Origin: Candidatus Zixiibacteriota bacterium
GTDB taxonomy: Bacteria; Electryoneota; B3-LCP
Assembly (NCBI GenBank): GCA_003599535.1
Contig: QZKQ01000056.1
Coordinates: 6,124-70,123 of the forward strand
Direction of reading: 5' to 3'
Length of the DNA: 64,000 nt
Below the pieces are notes generated by a model, which had not been told where the DNA came from, did no database searches, and saw nothing but the letters and a program-made list of their open reading frames with translations. Positions 18,277-27,905 of this stretch are shown one piece after another. The translations under genes and the position numbers were made by a program. Each line of letters opens with the position of its first letter. Position 1 is the stretch's first letter.

Positions 18277-18594
18277 ATGGCACCACGTCCTTACGATTTC
18301 AGCGATGAAACCAAGAAGGCCGCCATCGAACGGCAAGGCGGCGTCTGTGCCTGGTGCGGCGAAGAGATTTCCACCGACTGGTCTGATGGCCCCTATGATG
18401 GCGTTGCTCATCATTTAAAGCCTGGAATTCACGGTGGTAGAAATGACTTGGATAATTGCGTCTATGTGTGTCGCGCCCATCATATGCATCCTTGTCACGG
18501 CATGGCCCCCTATGGCATCGATCCCCAAGGGGGCAGTTCCGACACGTGGGTGAGACTGTCCCGGAGCGATTTCCAGTACTGGAAGAAGTCCTGA
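18277..18594 (+). CDS. HNH endonuclease-domain protein
   Basis: CAWCG...HHLKPGIHGGRNDLDNCVYVCRAHH, a C-x2-C...H-H...N...C-x3-C HNH/His-Me finger pattern. RBS aggggagg. Confidence 0.6.
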   Translation: MAPRPYDFSDETKKAAIERQGGVCAWCGEEISTDWSDGPYDGVAHHLKPGIHGGRNDLDNCVYVCRAHHMHPCHGMAPYGIDPQGGSSDTWVRLSRSDFQYWKKS

Positions 18595-18670
18595 CCGGCC
18601 GAGAATCCCGCAAAGGCGCAGACAACGGCCGGCTTGCGGTCAGGAACCACTCCCTGGAGGCGGAGAAATC

Positions 18671-19675
18671 ATGACGTATCTCCCATTCATCCTGGCCCTG
18701 GGGTTGCTCCTCTGCGGCTGCGCCGAGACCTCCCACGAACCCGCCCCCGTGCCGCCGACGGATTACCCCGACTGCGCCAAGCTCCCCTCCGGCCGGGTGG
18801 ACGCCCACGCTCCAACCGTGCACGTGCCCGACTGGAGCGATCCGGTGCGGGTGGGATCGGGTATCAACACCTCCTGCCCGGAAGACGCCATCGAGATTTC
18901 CGCCGACGGGCAGACGCTGTACTTCTTCTTTTCCCAGGATCTGCTCGATTCCCTGAATCCGGCGCAGATGCTGGCCTTCCCCAACGGCACCTGGCGCGCC
19001 CGGCGCAATGGCGGCCCGGGGGATTTCGCTCTGCCCGAATGTTATGACCTGGGGCAGGGGACCGAGGCTTCGCTGGACGGCGAGCCCAGCTTTTCCCCCG
19101 ACGGCGGCCGGGTCTACTTCCATTCCCTGCGGGCGGAAAATACCGGTTACCAGCTCGACCCCCCGGAGGACGACATCCTGGACGTCTATGTGGCCGAGAT
19201 CGCCGGCGGAGTGCCGGGGCCGGGAGTCAACCTGGGGCCGCCGGTCAACAGCCCCTACAAGGACGGCGAGCAGGCCATTCATCCCGACGGCGTCAGCCTC
19301 TACTTCGCCTCCACCCGGCCCGGCGGGCTGGGCGGCGCGGACCTCTGGGTCTCCGTGCTCTCAGGGGAGGCCTGGAGCGAGCCGCTGAACCTGGGCGTGC
19401 CGGTCAATTCCCCCGCCGACGACCTCCAGCCCGCCTTCACCGCCGCCGGCGACACCGTGTACTTCGCTTCCAGCCGCGACCCCCAGGCGGGGGTTGCCAT
19501 CTACCGCTCGGCCCGCCTCGGCGCCTCCTGGAGCGACCCCGAGCTGGTGATCTCCGGCCTCGCGGGCGAACCTTCCCTCACCGCCGATGGGCAATACCTC
19601 TACTTCGTGCACGTGCTGTCCGACGCCGCGGGGCTGTTCGACGCGGATGTGTGGTATTGTGAGAGGGGGGAGTAA
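18671..19675 (+). CDS. lipoprotein with WD40-like (PD40/TolB-type) beta-propeller repeats
   Basis: Lipobox LLLCGCA and repeated PD40 blades (PSFSPDGGRVYFHS; HPDGVSLYFASTR; PAFTAAGDTVYFASSR; PSLTADGQYLYFV). Confidence 0.65.
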   Translation: MTYLPFILALGLLLCGCAETSHEPAPVPPTDYPDCAKLPSGRVDAHAPTVHVPDWSDPVRVGSGINTSCPEDAIEISADGQTLYFFFSQDLLDSLNPAQMLAFPNGTWRARRNGGPGDFALPECYDLGQGTEASLDGEPSFSPDGGRVYFHSLRAENTGYQLDPPEDDILDVYVAEIAGGVPGPGVNLGPPVNSPYKDGEQAIHPDGVSLYFASTRPGGLGGADLWVSVLSGEAWSEPLNLGVPVNSPADDLQPAFTAAGDTVYFASSRDPQAGVAIYRSARLGASWSDPELVISGLAGEPSLTADGQYLYFVHVLSDAAGLFDADVWYCERGE

Positions 19676-19742
19676 AGAGGGGGATACCCGGCCCGGCACA
19701 CGTACAAGCACACACATATTGCTACAATTGATGGAATTTTCT

Positions 19743-19758
19743 AAAAAAAAAAAAAAAA
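19743..19758. repeat. A16 homopolymer tract
   Basis: 16 consecutive A in a ~67% GC genome, in the intergenic region upstream of the 19928 T9SS cargo gene. Confidence 0.9.
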
Positions 19759-19927
19759 TCTCCCTTGTTTCCTGCCCCTTTTCTCCGTAACATTAATTGC
19801 GAGCTGCAACTCTGATGGTCTGCCTTAAGGGGAAGCCGCGGCTTCACCCGGGGATTGCACACGAGAACGGTATTCGGCTCGCCCGTAGCACCGTCCTGTA
19901 ACCAAATCCTAAGCAAGGAGGCCTCCC

Positions 19928-20647
19928 ATGAGAAAGATGTTCCTGGCGTACCTCGTCCTGATGTTGGTTGCAAGCACCGCATTGGCGCAGATTGACATCA
20001 ATTTGACGCCGGATGATCCCGTCACTCTGCCCCCCCAGGGCGGCATGGTGATGATCGGCGTGGAACTGACCAACACCTCGTCGGATCCGGTCACGTTCGA
20101 CGCCTGGGTGGAAGCCTTTACCCCGTTCGGCACACCCTACACCCTGGTATTCCCTGTACCCATCACCGTTCCGGGCAACTTTACCATTGAAGCAACGCTC
20201 CGCGTCCGGTTAGTGCCCCCCGCTCCCGCGGGCGAATACCAGGTGATCGCCAACGTCGGCGATTATCCGGGCACCATCATGGATGCGGATACCGTTACCG
20301 TCATCAAACAGGGGACAGATGGTCAGGCCGGTGAAGGCCAGCTGGTGTTCGGCGAGCTGGTGGGCAATTTCAGCCAGTCGCCTGCTGTCCACGCCATGGC
20401 CAAGGCGTACCCCAATCCCTTCAACCCCTCCACCGTCATCAGTTACACTCTGCCTGAGGCGGCTCAGGTGAATCTGGCGGTCTTCGATCTCGCCGGCCGC
20501 TTGGTGGCGACACTGGATGAAGGGCAGCGGGAAGCTGGTAGCTACCAGGCCGTGTTCGATGCGGCCAACCTGCCTTCCGGCACCTATCTGTACCGTCTGC
20601 AGGCGGGAAGCACCACCGTCAGCGGCAAGATGCTGCTGCTGAAGTAA
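19928..20647 (+). CDS. secreted protein with T9SS C-terminal sorting domain
   Basis: Signal peptide MRKMFLAYLVLMLVASTALAQ and AGGAGG RBS. N-domain is paralogous to the pre-CTD domains of the 3865, 46236 and 60637 proteins. C-terminus AYPNPFNPSTVISYTLPEAAQVNLAVFDLAGRLVATL...SGTYLYRLQAGSTTVSGKMLLLK. Confidence 0.75.
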   Translation: MRKMFLAYLVLMLVASTALAQIDINLTPDDPVTLPPQGGMVMIGVELTNTSSDPVTFDAWVEAFTPFGTPYTLVFPVPITVPGNFTIEATLRVRLVPPAPAGEYQVIANVGDYPGTIMDADTVTVIKQGTDGQAGEGQLVFGELVGNFSQSPAVHAMAKAYPNPFNPSTVISYTLPEAAQVNLAVFDLAGRLVATLDEGQREAGSYQAVFDAANLPSGTYLYRLQAGSTTVSGKMLLLK

Positions 20648-20671
20648 GTACTGCGACAGTATTGTAGTTTG

Positions 20672-20710
20672 CGGAGGCGGCCAGACAGCCGCCTCTTCTA
20701 TTTTTTTTGG
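20672..20710 (+). terminator. rho-independent terminator
   Basis: gaggcggc-cagaca-gccgcctc hairpin followed by TTCTATTTTTTTT. Confidence 0.8.
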
Positions 20711-20930
20711 AATAAATGCGCGTCCGGTAATCCCCCGAGCGGCTACTTCGTGGCGCACCAATCGGCTTTTATGACATCGCGCTTCTTCAGCCCACCGGAA
20801 TTACCTTCCATATACCCCTCCCAATGCCCTCCACCCCTTCCCGTATCAACTGATGTGAAATTGTTCGCGGGGCGGCCCCCTGCGCCCGCCCGCGCCTTTA
20901 CCCTGATATTGTTGCGAAAGGAAGGGATTC

Positions 20931-21734
20931 ATGGATACGGTTCTCCCGATTGAAGTCCGTACGGTACATCGCGATACCGAAGCGATCATCAACTATTTCC
21001 CCATTCCCGGATCCGGCGTGCTGCCAATGAACGCGTTTTTGATCCGCGCCCGGCAGCCGGTGCTGGTGGATACCATCTGGGCGGGCGTGCGGGACGGCTT
21101 TCTGGACCGCCTGCGCGATCTGATAGACCCCGCCGACCTGCGCTGGATCTGGCTGACCCACGCCGATCCCGACCACATCGGCAATCTGCAGCCCCTCCTG
21201 GATGAGGCTCCCGGGGCGCGGCTGGTCACCACTTTCGTGGGCATGGGCAAGATGGGCCTGATGCAGCGCCCCGTGGACCGCGTCTACCTGCTGAATCCCG
21301 GCCAGAGCCTGGACGTGGGCGACCGCCGCCTGCTGGCCCTGAAGCCTCCCACCTACGACGCCCCCGAAACCACCGGCCTGTTCGATACCCGGACCCAGAT
21401 CCTGTTCAGCGCGGACAGCTTCGGCGCCCTGCTGCCGGAACCCGCTGCCATGGCTTCCGAGATTCCCCCCGACACCCTGCGCGACGGGCTGGTGACCTGG
21501 ACCACGGTGGATTCCCCCTGGCTGAACCTGGTGGAACGGGAAAAGTTCGATCGCTCCCTGCAAGTGGTCCGCGACTTGAGTCCCCGCGCCATCCTGAGCA
21601 GCCATCTGCCGCCCGCGGTGGACATGATGGACCGCCTGCTGGAGTACCTGGGCGCCGCGCACTCCGCTCCCCCCTTCGTGGGACCCGACCAGGAGGCCCT
21701 GGAGGAGATGATGGCGGCCACGGATCAGGCCTGA
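20931..21734 (+). CDS. MBL-fold metallo-hydrolase
   Basis: WLTHADPDHIGNL, a variant of the HxHxDH metal-binding motif. About 267 aa. Confidence 0.6.
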   Translation: MDTVLPIEVRTVHRDTEAIINYFPIPGSGVLPMNAFLIRARQPVLVDTIWAGVRDGFLDRLRDLIDPADLRWIWLTHADPDHIGNLQPLLDEAPGARLVTTFVGMGKMGLMQRPVDRVYLLNPGQSLDVGDRRLLALKPPTYDAPETTGLFDTRTQILFSADSFGALLPEPAAMASEIPPDTLRDGLVTWTTVDSPWLNLVEREKFDRSLQVVRDLSPRAILSSHLPPAVDMMDRLLEYLGAAHSAPPFVGPDQEALEEMMAATDQA

Positions 21735-21879
21735 ACCGGCAGCCACCCGTTGTCATAATCGCTCAAATAGCTCTTGACTTTTTCGCCCAAGGGATTATAT
21801 TGTCTTGCCTGAATAGCTCCGCTCATCCCGTCTTGCATCCGCTACGAACTACCAATGATTCTACTTACAAGGAGGCGCA

Positions 21880-22440
21880 ATGCCATACCTGCACAGGAAT
21901 ACTCCGGTCCGGCTGGTTTCAATCCTGTTCGCGGTCCTGTTGCTGGCCGGTTCCGCCACGGCGCAGGAACCGGAGAGCCCCGACCTGAGCGGCATTCCGC
22001 AGCCGGTCATGGAAGGCCTGAAAGCCCGCTTCCCCCAGGCCGAAATCCGGCAATGGAGCCAGGAGGAGGAAGGCGGCATCGTCGTCTATGATTTCGAATT
22101 CATCCAGGACGGGCAGAAGCTCGAAGCCGACGTCAAGGAAGACGGCTCCATCTTCAATTGGGAGAAAGCCATCGCCGCAGAAGATCTCCCGGGGAAGGTG
22201 AAGGAAACGGTCACGTTGAAGTACCCCGAAGCGTCCCTGGTGGAGATCATGGAAATCACCGCGGTGAACGAAGGGAAGGAAGCCCTCGAAGGATATGAAA
22301 TCGTGCTGAAAACCGCCGCGGACAAGGAGGTCGAGGTCATGGTGGCGCCGGACGGGAAAATCCTGGAGGAAGATGCCGTCAACCCTGAAGCAGAGACCAA
22401 ACCTCAGCGCCTTGACCGGCGCACGGAGGGGAAGAACTGA
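21880..22440 (+). CDS. secreted PepSY-like (DUF2874-like) tandem-domain protein
   Basis: Signal peptide followed by two about 60-aa repeats rich in E/K (IVVYDFEFIQDGQKLEADVKEDGSI / EGYEIVLKTAADKEVEVMVAPDGKI). Confidence 0.5.
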   Translation: MPYLHRNTPVRLVSILFAVLLLAGSATAQEPESPDLSGIPQPVMEGLKARFPQAEIRQWSQEEEGGIVVYDFEFIQDGQKLEADVKEDGSIFNWEKAIAAEDLPGKVKETVTLKYPEASLVEIMEITAVNEGKEALEGYEIVLKTAADKEVEVMVAPDGKILEEDAVNPEAETKPQRLDRRTEGKN

Positions 22441-22625
22441 GTCTGTCCGACAGCCTCGAGAATCCATCCGCCAGACCCTGCCGGAATTGCGTGATAAGTT
22501 GCCTCCGGAATTGCAGGAAAGCACGGGTGATGATACGCTGGCATGAAGGCCCGCTTCAGCACCGCCCCGTCCGGCCGGTTATGCTGTACCGGCCGGGAGA
22601 CCGTTTTTCAGGGTCAGGGCCGCAG

Positions 22626-22654
22626 TTGACATAAAGCGAAAGTCTTTGTATATA
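22626..22654 (+). promoter_or_regulatory. strong sigma70-like promoter upstream of ridA
   Basis: TTGACA (22626-22631), a 17-nt spacer, TATATA (22649-22654). Confidence 0.5.
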
Positions 22655-22672
22655 TAAGCTCTGAGACCTCCC

Positions 22673-23080
22673 ATGGCGCCCACGCAATTTCTGAATCCCG
22701 ATACCCTCCACCGCAACCCCGCCTTCTCCCAGGTGGCTGTGGTCAGCGGCACGGTGCGGACCATCTACGTCGGCGGGCAGAACGCGGTGGACACTCAGGG
22801 GCAGATCGTCGGCCGGGGGGATATCACCGCCCAGACCGAGCAGGTGTTCCGCAACCTGGAAGCCGCCCTGGCCGCCGCCGGCGCCTCCCTGGAGCACGTG
22901 GTCAAATGGAACGTGTACGCCGTATCCGGGCAGCCCCTGCAGCCCGCCTTCGCCGTTTTCCAGCGGATTTGGGGACAGCGCGCCAATCCCCCGCTGATTT
23001 CCGTGCTGTTCGTCGCCGGGCTGGCGCATCCGGATTTCCTGGTGGAGATGGACGCCATGGCGGTGGCGCCGGAAGACTGA
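22673..23080 (+). CDS. ridA: RidA/YjgF-family reactive-intermediate deaminase
   Basis: 135 aa with a typical RidA pattern (PAFSQVAVVSG..IYVGGQ...GDI.AQTEQVFRNLEAAL...VVKWNVYA). Confidence 0.75.
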   Translation: MAPTQFLNPDTLHRNPAFSQVAVVSGTVRTIYVGGQNAVDTQGQIVGRGDITAQTEQVFRNLEAALAAAGASLEHVVKWNVYAVSGQPLQPAFAVFQRIWGQRANPPLISVLFVAGLAHPDFLVEMDAMAVAPED

Positions 23081-23090
23081 TGGATACCTC

Positions 23091-23990
23091 GTGGACGTGA
23101 TGACGGACACTCGCGAACGCCGCAGCCTGCTGGCCGTCAACCTGGGGCTGGCCGCCAACCTCGGACTGGCGGGCCTGAAGACGGTGGTGGGGGTGCTGGG
23201 CCACAGCCCGGCGCTTCTGGCCGACGGGATCAACTCCGTCTCCGACGTGGCCTACTACGTCGTGGTGAGCATCTTTGTGCGGCTGGCCCGCAAGCCGGCG
23301 GACGTGGAGCATCCCTACGGCCACCGGCAACTGGAGACCATCGCCGCCCTGGTGGTGGGCGCCTTCGTGGTGACTACCGCCATCGCCATCTTCTGGGACG
23401 CCGCCAACCGGGTGTACGACCTGCTGACCGGCCAGGGCGATTTCACCGGGGCGGCGGCGGTGGCGCTGCTGGTGGCCCTGTTCACGGTGGCGGTGAAGAT
23501 CGTTCTGACCGCGCTCACCCGGCGCCTCGGCCGGCAGACCGGCAATCCCGCCGTGTACGCCCTGGCGCACGACCACCGCAATGACATTTTCGCCGCCTCC
23601 GCCGCCGGCTTGGGCATTTTCCTGGGACGCATGGGCTATCCCTGGGTGGACCCCCTGGCCGGCGCCCTGGTGGCCCTGGTCATCCTGCGCACCGGCATCT
23701 ACATCCTGCGCGAATCTTCAGAAGACCTGATGGACACCGTGCCCGGGCAGGAGCTGGAACGGCGCATCCGCGAGATCCTGCGGGCCATCCCCGGCATCTG
23801 GGAAATCGAGGAACTCCAGGCCCACCGCTTCGGTCCCTACCTGGTGGTCAACATCACTATCGGGGTGGACGGCGCCATCAGCGTGGAGGAAGGGGACTGC
23901 ATCGCCACCGAAGTGGAACGAATGCTGCTGAAGGGCATAGACATGGTGCAGCGGGTCCACGTGCACTATCACCCGGCCCGGCGGCGGTAG
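23091..23990 (+). CDS. cation diffusion facilitator (CDF) family metal efflux transporter
   Basis: LLADGINSVSDVAYYVVVSIF...HPYGHRQLETIAALVVGAF and a C-terminal cytoplasmic domain. GTG start at 23091 or ATG at 23100. Confidence 0.85.
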   Translation: MDVMTDTRERRSLLAVNLGLAANLGLAGLKTVVGVLGHSPALLADGINSVSDVAYYVVVSIFVRLARKPADVEHPYGHRQLETIAALVVGAFVVTTAIAIFWDAANRVYDLLTGQGDFTGAAAVALLVALFTVAVKIVLTALTRRLGRQTGNPAVYALAHDHRNDIFAASAAGLGIFLGRMGYPWVDPLAGALVALVILRTGIYILRESSEDLMDTVPGQELERRIREILRAIPGIWEIEELQAHRFGPYLVVNITIGVDGAISVEEGDCIATEVERMLLKGIDMVQRVHVHYHPARRR

Positions 23991-24169
23991 CCGCTCTTTG
24001 CCGGCGGAAGTACCAGCCCGGACGCGCCGCCCCGGCGGCCGATCCGGGTTTTTCATGACCTTGATTCTACAATATTTAAAAGTCAACGTATTACTCAAAG
24101 TGGCCCATGATTTAACATCGGGTGACCCGACAGAAAGTCAGCGCCGCGAACAAGCCAAGGATGAATACC

Positions 24170-24463
24170 ATGTCCCGATACCTTATTGAAGTGCCGCACG
24201 AGGAAGATACGGTGGCCTGCGCCCGCGTGGTTCGGATATTTCTGACTTCCGGCTCCCATTTCCTGTCCAACGCCGACTGGGGCTGCGAAGACGGCGAACA
24301 TTACGCCTGGATCATCATGGAGGCGGACAGCCGGGAGGAAGCCCGGACCATTTTGCCGCCGGCCTTCCGCCAGCAGGCGCGCATCATCAACCTGAACAAA
24401 TTCACCGTTGAGGAGATAGATGATATCCTCCGCTACCATCGGCAGCCGGTAGCAGCGACTTGA
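24170..24463 (+). CDS. small hypothetical protein
   Basis: 97-aa ORF with good codon usage; no motif. Confidence 0.35.
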   Translation: MSRYLIEVPHEEDTVACARVVRIFLTSGSHFLSNADWGCEDGEHYAWIIMEADSREEARTILPPAFRQQARIINLNKFTVEEIDDILRYHRQPVAAT

Positions 24464-24740
24464 TGGCTTTCCTTCGTCCGGGAGGGGCTGTCCCAAGGGA
24501 ATGTCAATTTCATGGTGATCCGTCAGACGGCGGATCACCATGACACTACTGACCTGACCTTTTGGGACAGCCCCTTTCCTTTTAATAACGACAATCAAGG
24601 ATTTTTTACTTGCATATTTGCAAGAATTACGGTAAATTTCCTGTTGGGAAGCGTGGTAAAGCCTAAGTCAATATTTCCCGTAACAATCTGCCGCATGATA
24701 GCACCCCTGCGCGGTTTGCCGCCGGCGAAAGGAGGTCGTC

Positions 24741-25739
24741 ATGAGGATCTTCGTCACCGGAGCAACGGGATTTATCGGATCGCACCTGGTTCGGCGCCTG
24801 CAGGGATCACCCCACCAACTGCGCTGCCTGGTGCGTTCCACCAGCAACACCCGTCCCCTTCAAGAAGCCGGTCTGGAGTTGTTCGACGGCGATATAGCTG
24901 ATCGGGCATCCCTGGTGGAAGGGATGAAGGATTGCGATGCTGTCATTAACCTGGCTAACCTGTTTGAATTCTGGATTCCGGACAGACACCGGTTCACGTG
25001 CGTAAACGTGGAGGGTACCCGCGGCCTAATGGAGACCGCTTTGGACGCCGGAGTGCGCAAAGTTGTCCACGTCAGTACCGTGGCCATTTTCGGGAATGCG
25101 GAGTGGCCGGTCACCGAAGCCAGCCTTCCGGGCCAACGGTGCGCCAGCGAGTACGCCCGCACCAAGCGGGCCGGAGACGACCTCGCCTGGGACCTGTACC
25201 GTACCCGCCGGTTACCCTTGGTGGTGGTCTATCCCGCCTGCGTCCTGGGCTCCGGCAACACCAAGGCCGGAGGCCGCTACCTGTGTAACCTGGTGCGCGG
25301 CGCCTTGCCGGCGCAGGTATTCACTGGTCATCCCTTCCCTTTCGTGCACGTGCGGGACGTGGCTGAAGCCCTGGTCCGAGTCCTGGAAAAGGATAATAAC
25401 CTGGGAGAAAAGTACCTGGTTTCGGCGGAGAACCTGACGTTCGGAGAGATCAACCGGATGGTCTCAGAGATTGCCGGTGTACGGCTGCCCCGTTTCGTCA
25501 TGCCGGATGCCGCGGCTCTGGCCAATGCTTACATCTTGACCGGTCTTTCACGAATCACCCGCAAGCCCCCGCTGTGGGATCTCTCCCTGGATCAGGCCCT
25601 GATCATGAAGCAGGGCATGCAGGTGGACGGCGGCAAAGCCGCCCGCGAATTGGGCTTGGCCTACACCCCCATCCGCCAGGCCGTGGAAGAGGAGGTGGCT
25701 CTGGCAGTGGCGGCACAAGCCCGCCCCTCAGCCGCCTGA
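24741..25739 (+). CDS. NAD-dependent epimerase/dehydratase (extended SDR)
   Basis: MRIFVTGATGFIGSHLVRRL Rossmann motif and Y-x3-K region. RBS AAGGAGG. Confidence 0.8.
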   Translation: MRIFVTGATGFIGSHLVRRLQGSPHQLRCLVRSTSNTRPLQEAGLELFDGDIADRASLVEGMKDCDAVINLANLFEFWIPDRHRFTCVNVEGTRGLMETALDAGVRKVVHVSTVAIFGNAEWPVTEASLPGQRCASEYARTKRAGDDLAWDLYRTRRLPLVVVYPACVLGSGNTKAGGRYLCNLVRGALPAQVFTGHPFPFVHVRDVAEALVRVLEKDNNLGEKYLVSAENLTFGEINRMVSEIAGVRLPRFVMPDAAALANAYILTGLSRITRKPPLWDLSLDQALIMKQGMQVDGGKAARELGLAYTPIRQAVEEEVALAVAAQARPSAA

Positions 25740-25847
25740 TGATCGTGGCACTATCCGGCATCTTTAACATGCCCTCTCCCGCAGAGGGCATTTTTGCGTA
25801 TATCTGTCATAAGAGCGATACCGCAGTCATTTGGGAAGGGATTACCC

Positions 25848-26147
25848 ATGGCCTATCTTCGCACCACCGTCGCCCGGTGGGATATGGATCTTTTTTCCCC
25901 GGAAGCGGAAGAGATCTTCCGCCGCATCGGGACGGAGGGCGTGCAGGTCTTCCGCCGGCAGCCGGGATTCGTCCGTTACCGCCTGATGCGAGCCGACGCC
26001 TCCACCACCGTGGCGGTGGCGGAATGGGAATCCGAAGCGCTGGGCCTGGCCGGGGCGCAGAACTTCCGGGCCTGGCTGGGCGAGAGCGGGATCATGGATC
26101 ACCTGACCCTGGAAACCCGGGCCGGCGACCTCGTCGCCGCCTCCTGA
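25848..26147 (+). CDS. ABM-like (antibiotic biosynthesis monooxygenase fold) small protein
   Basis: About 100 aa with a ferredoxin-like pattern (VAVAEWESEALGLAGAQNFRAWL). Weak. Confidence 0.35.
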   Translation: MAYLRTTVARWDMDLFSPEAEEIFRRIGTEGVQVFRRQPGFVRYRLMRADASTTVAVAEWESEALGLAGAQNFRAWLGESGIMDHLTLETRAGDLVAAS

Positions 26148-26155
26148 GATTACCC

Positions 26156-26689
26156 ATGCGCCACATCATTCTCTATATTGCCTCCAGCCTGGACGGGTAC
26201 CTCGCCCGCCCCGACGGCGGCCTGGACTGGCTGCCCCAGCCGACGGAAGCGGAGGACTACGGATACCGGGATTTCTACGCCTCCATAGATACCATTATCA
26301 TGGGGCGCAAGACCTACGACCTGATCCTGACCCTGGGGCCGTACCCCTACGCCGGAAAAACCGTCTATGTCCTGTCCCGCACCCGCGCCGGGGAGCGGGA
26401 CGAGCGCGTGCAGTTCATCGGCGGCGATATTGCTCGCTGGGCTGCGGACCTGAAAGCCGCCCCCGGAAAGGACCTCTGGCTGGAAGGGGGTGGGGAGGTG
26501 GTGCGCGAATTCCTGGCCGCCCGGTTGATTGACCGCCTCATCCTGACCGTTGTCCCCGTGCTGATCGGCCGGGGCCTCCCGCTGTTTCCACCCGGAGAAT
26601 ACGGCGACCTCACACTGCGCCTGATACGGACCATTCCCTACCCCGATGGGCTGGTGCAGGTGACCTACGATGTGATTCGTCCGGTATAG
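26156..26689 (+). CDS. dihydrofolate reductase-family protein (RibD C-terminal domain)
   Basis: MRHIILYIASSLDGYLARPDGGLDWL...IIMGRKTY...LWLEGGGEVV. The long upstream ORF extension from 25574 is non-coding. Confidence 0.7.
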   Translation: MRHIILYIASSLDGYLARPDGGLDWLPQPTEAEDYGYRDFYASIDTIIMGRKTYDLILTLGPYPYAGKTVYVLSRTRAGERDERVQFIGGDIARWAADLKAAPGKDLWLEGGGEVVREFLAARLIDRLILTVVPVLIGRGLPLFPPGEYGDLTLRLIRTIPYPDGLVQVTYDVIRPV

Positions 26690-26804
26690 CCCACCCCAAC
26701 TTCCTGCCTCTTCCCTAAAAATCCCACGAAACGCTTGCAAAACAGGCCTTTCGTGCGTATTTTAGGGCGAACTCTATTTCGCTATTCAACTTGGGAGAAA
26801 TTCA

Positions 26805-27839
26805 ATGGATCTGCTGCAGCGGCTCACCTCCGCGACGGGCATTTCGGGCTGGGAGGACGAAGTCCGTTCCCTGATTCTGGCCGAAATGGAACCGCTGGTG
26901 GACGAGGTTTCCACCGACGTCATGGGCAACGTCATCGGCCGGCGCGCGGGCAAGGGCGGCCCCCGGCTGGTCATCGCCGCGCACATGGACGAGATCGGCT
27001 TCATGGTCAACCATATTGACGACAAGGGCTTCCTCCGCATCATCCCCATCGGCGGTTTCGATCCCCGGACCCTGATGGCGCAGAAGGTCATGGTCCACGG
27101 CCGCCGGGATCTGCCCGGCGTTATCGGGTCCAAGCCCATCCACGTTCTTTCCGAAGAGGAGAAGAAGAAGACGCTGAAGGTGGAAGATTACTTCGTGGAC
27201 GTGGGTCTGCCCGGCAACATGGTCAAGGAACTGGTCAGCCCGGGCGATCCCGTCACCTGGCTGCGCGACTACACCGAGTTTGGCGAGTGCGCCGCCAGCA
27301 AGGCCTTCGACGACCGCGTGGGCGTCTACGTCATGATCGAGGCGCTGCGCAAGGTCAAGGGCAAGCCGTTGAACGTGGAACTCTATGCCGTGGCTACAGT
27401 TCAGGAAGAAGTGGGGGTGCGCGGCGCCACCACTTCGGCCATTGGGATTGACCCGGACATCGGCATCGCCATTGACATCACCCTGGCCAACGACGTCCCC
27501 GGCGCGGCCGATCATGAGCGCATCACCACCCTGGGTGGCGGAGCGGCCATCAAGATCATGGACAGCTACTCCATCTCCAATCCCAAGCTGGTGGACCACC
27601 TGAAGAAGGTGGCCGAGAAGAAGAAGATCAAGTACCAGATGGAGATCCTGCCCCGCGGCGGCACCGACGCCGGCGCCATCCAGCGGGCGGGGAAGAAGGC
27701 CGCCGTGGTCACCATCTCCATCCCCACCCGCTACGCCCATTCCACGGTGGAGGTGATCCACCGCAAGGACGTGCAGGCCTGCATTGACCTGCTGGCCGCC
27801 TACCTGCAGGACACCGCGCCGCGGGATTACGTGCTGTAA
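26805..27839 (+). CDS. M42-family glutamyl aminopeptidase/cellulase-like metallopeptidase
   Basis: GISGWEDEVR...AAHMDEIGFMV...AFDDRVGV...VQEEVGVRGA, which are the M42 metal-ligand motifs. Confidence 0.8.
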   Translation: MDLLQRLTSATGISGWEDEVRSLILAEMEPLVDEVSTDVMGNVIGRRAGKGGPRLVIAAHMDEIGFMVNHIDDKGFLRIIPIGGFDPRTLMAQKVMVHGRRDLPGVIGSKPIHVLSEEEKKKTLKVEDYFVDVGLPGNMVKELVSPGDPVTWLRDYTEFGECAASKAFDDRVGVYVMIEALRKVKGKPLNVELYAVATVQEEVGVRGATTSAIGIDPDIGIAIDITLANDVPGAADHERITTLGGGAAIKIMDSYSISNPKLVDHLKKVAEKKKIKYQMEILPRGGTDAGAIQRAGKKAAVVTISIPTRYAHSTVEVIHRKDVQACIDLLAAYLQDTAPRDYVL

Positions 27840-27905
27840 CCGCTTCCAATTCGGCTGAAACCGCGCCGGGGCCGTCCTCGGTCCCGGCGCTTCCACAACC
27901 ATATC

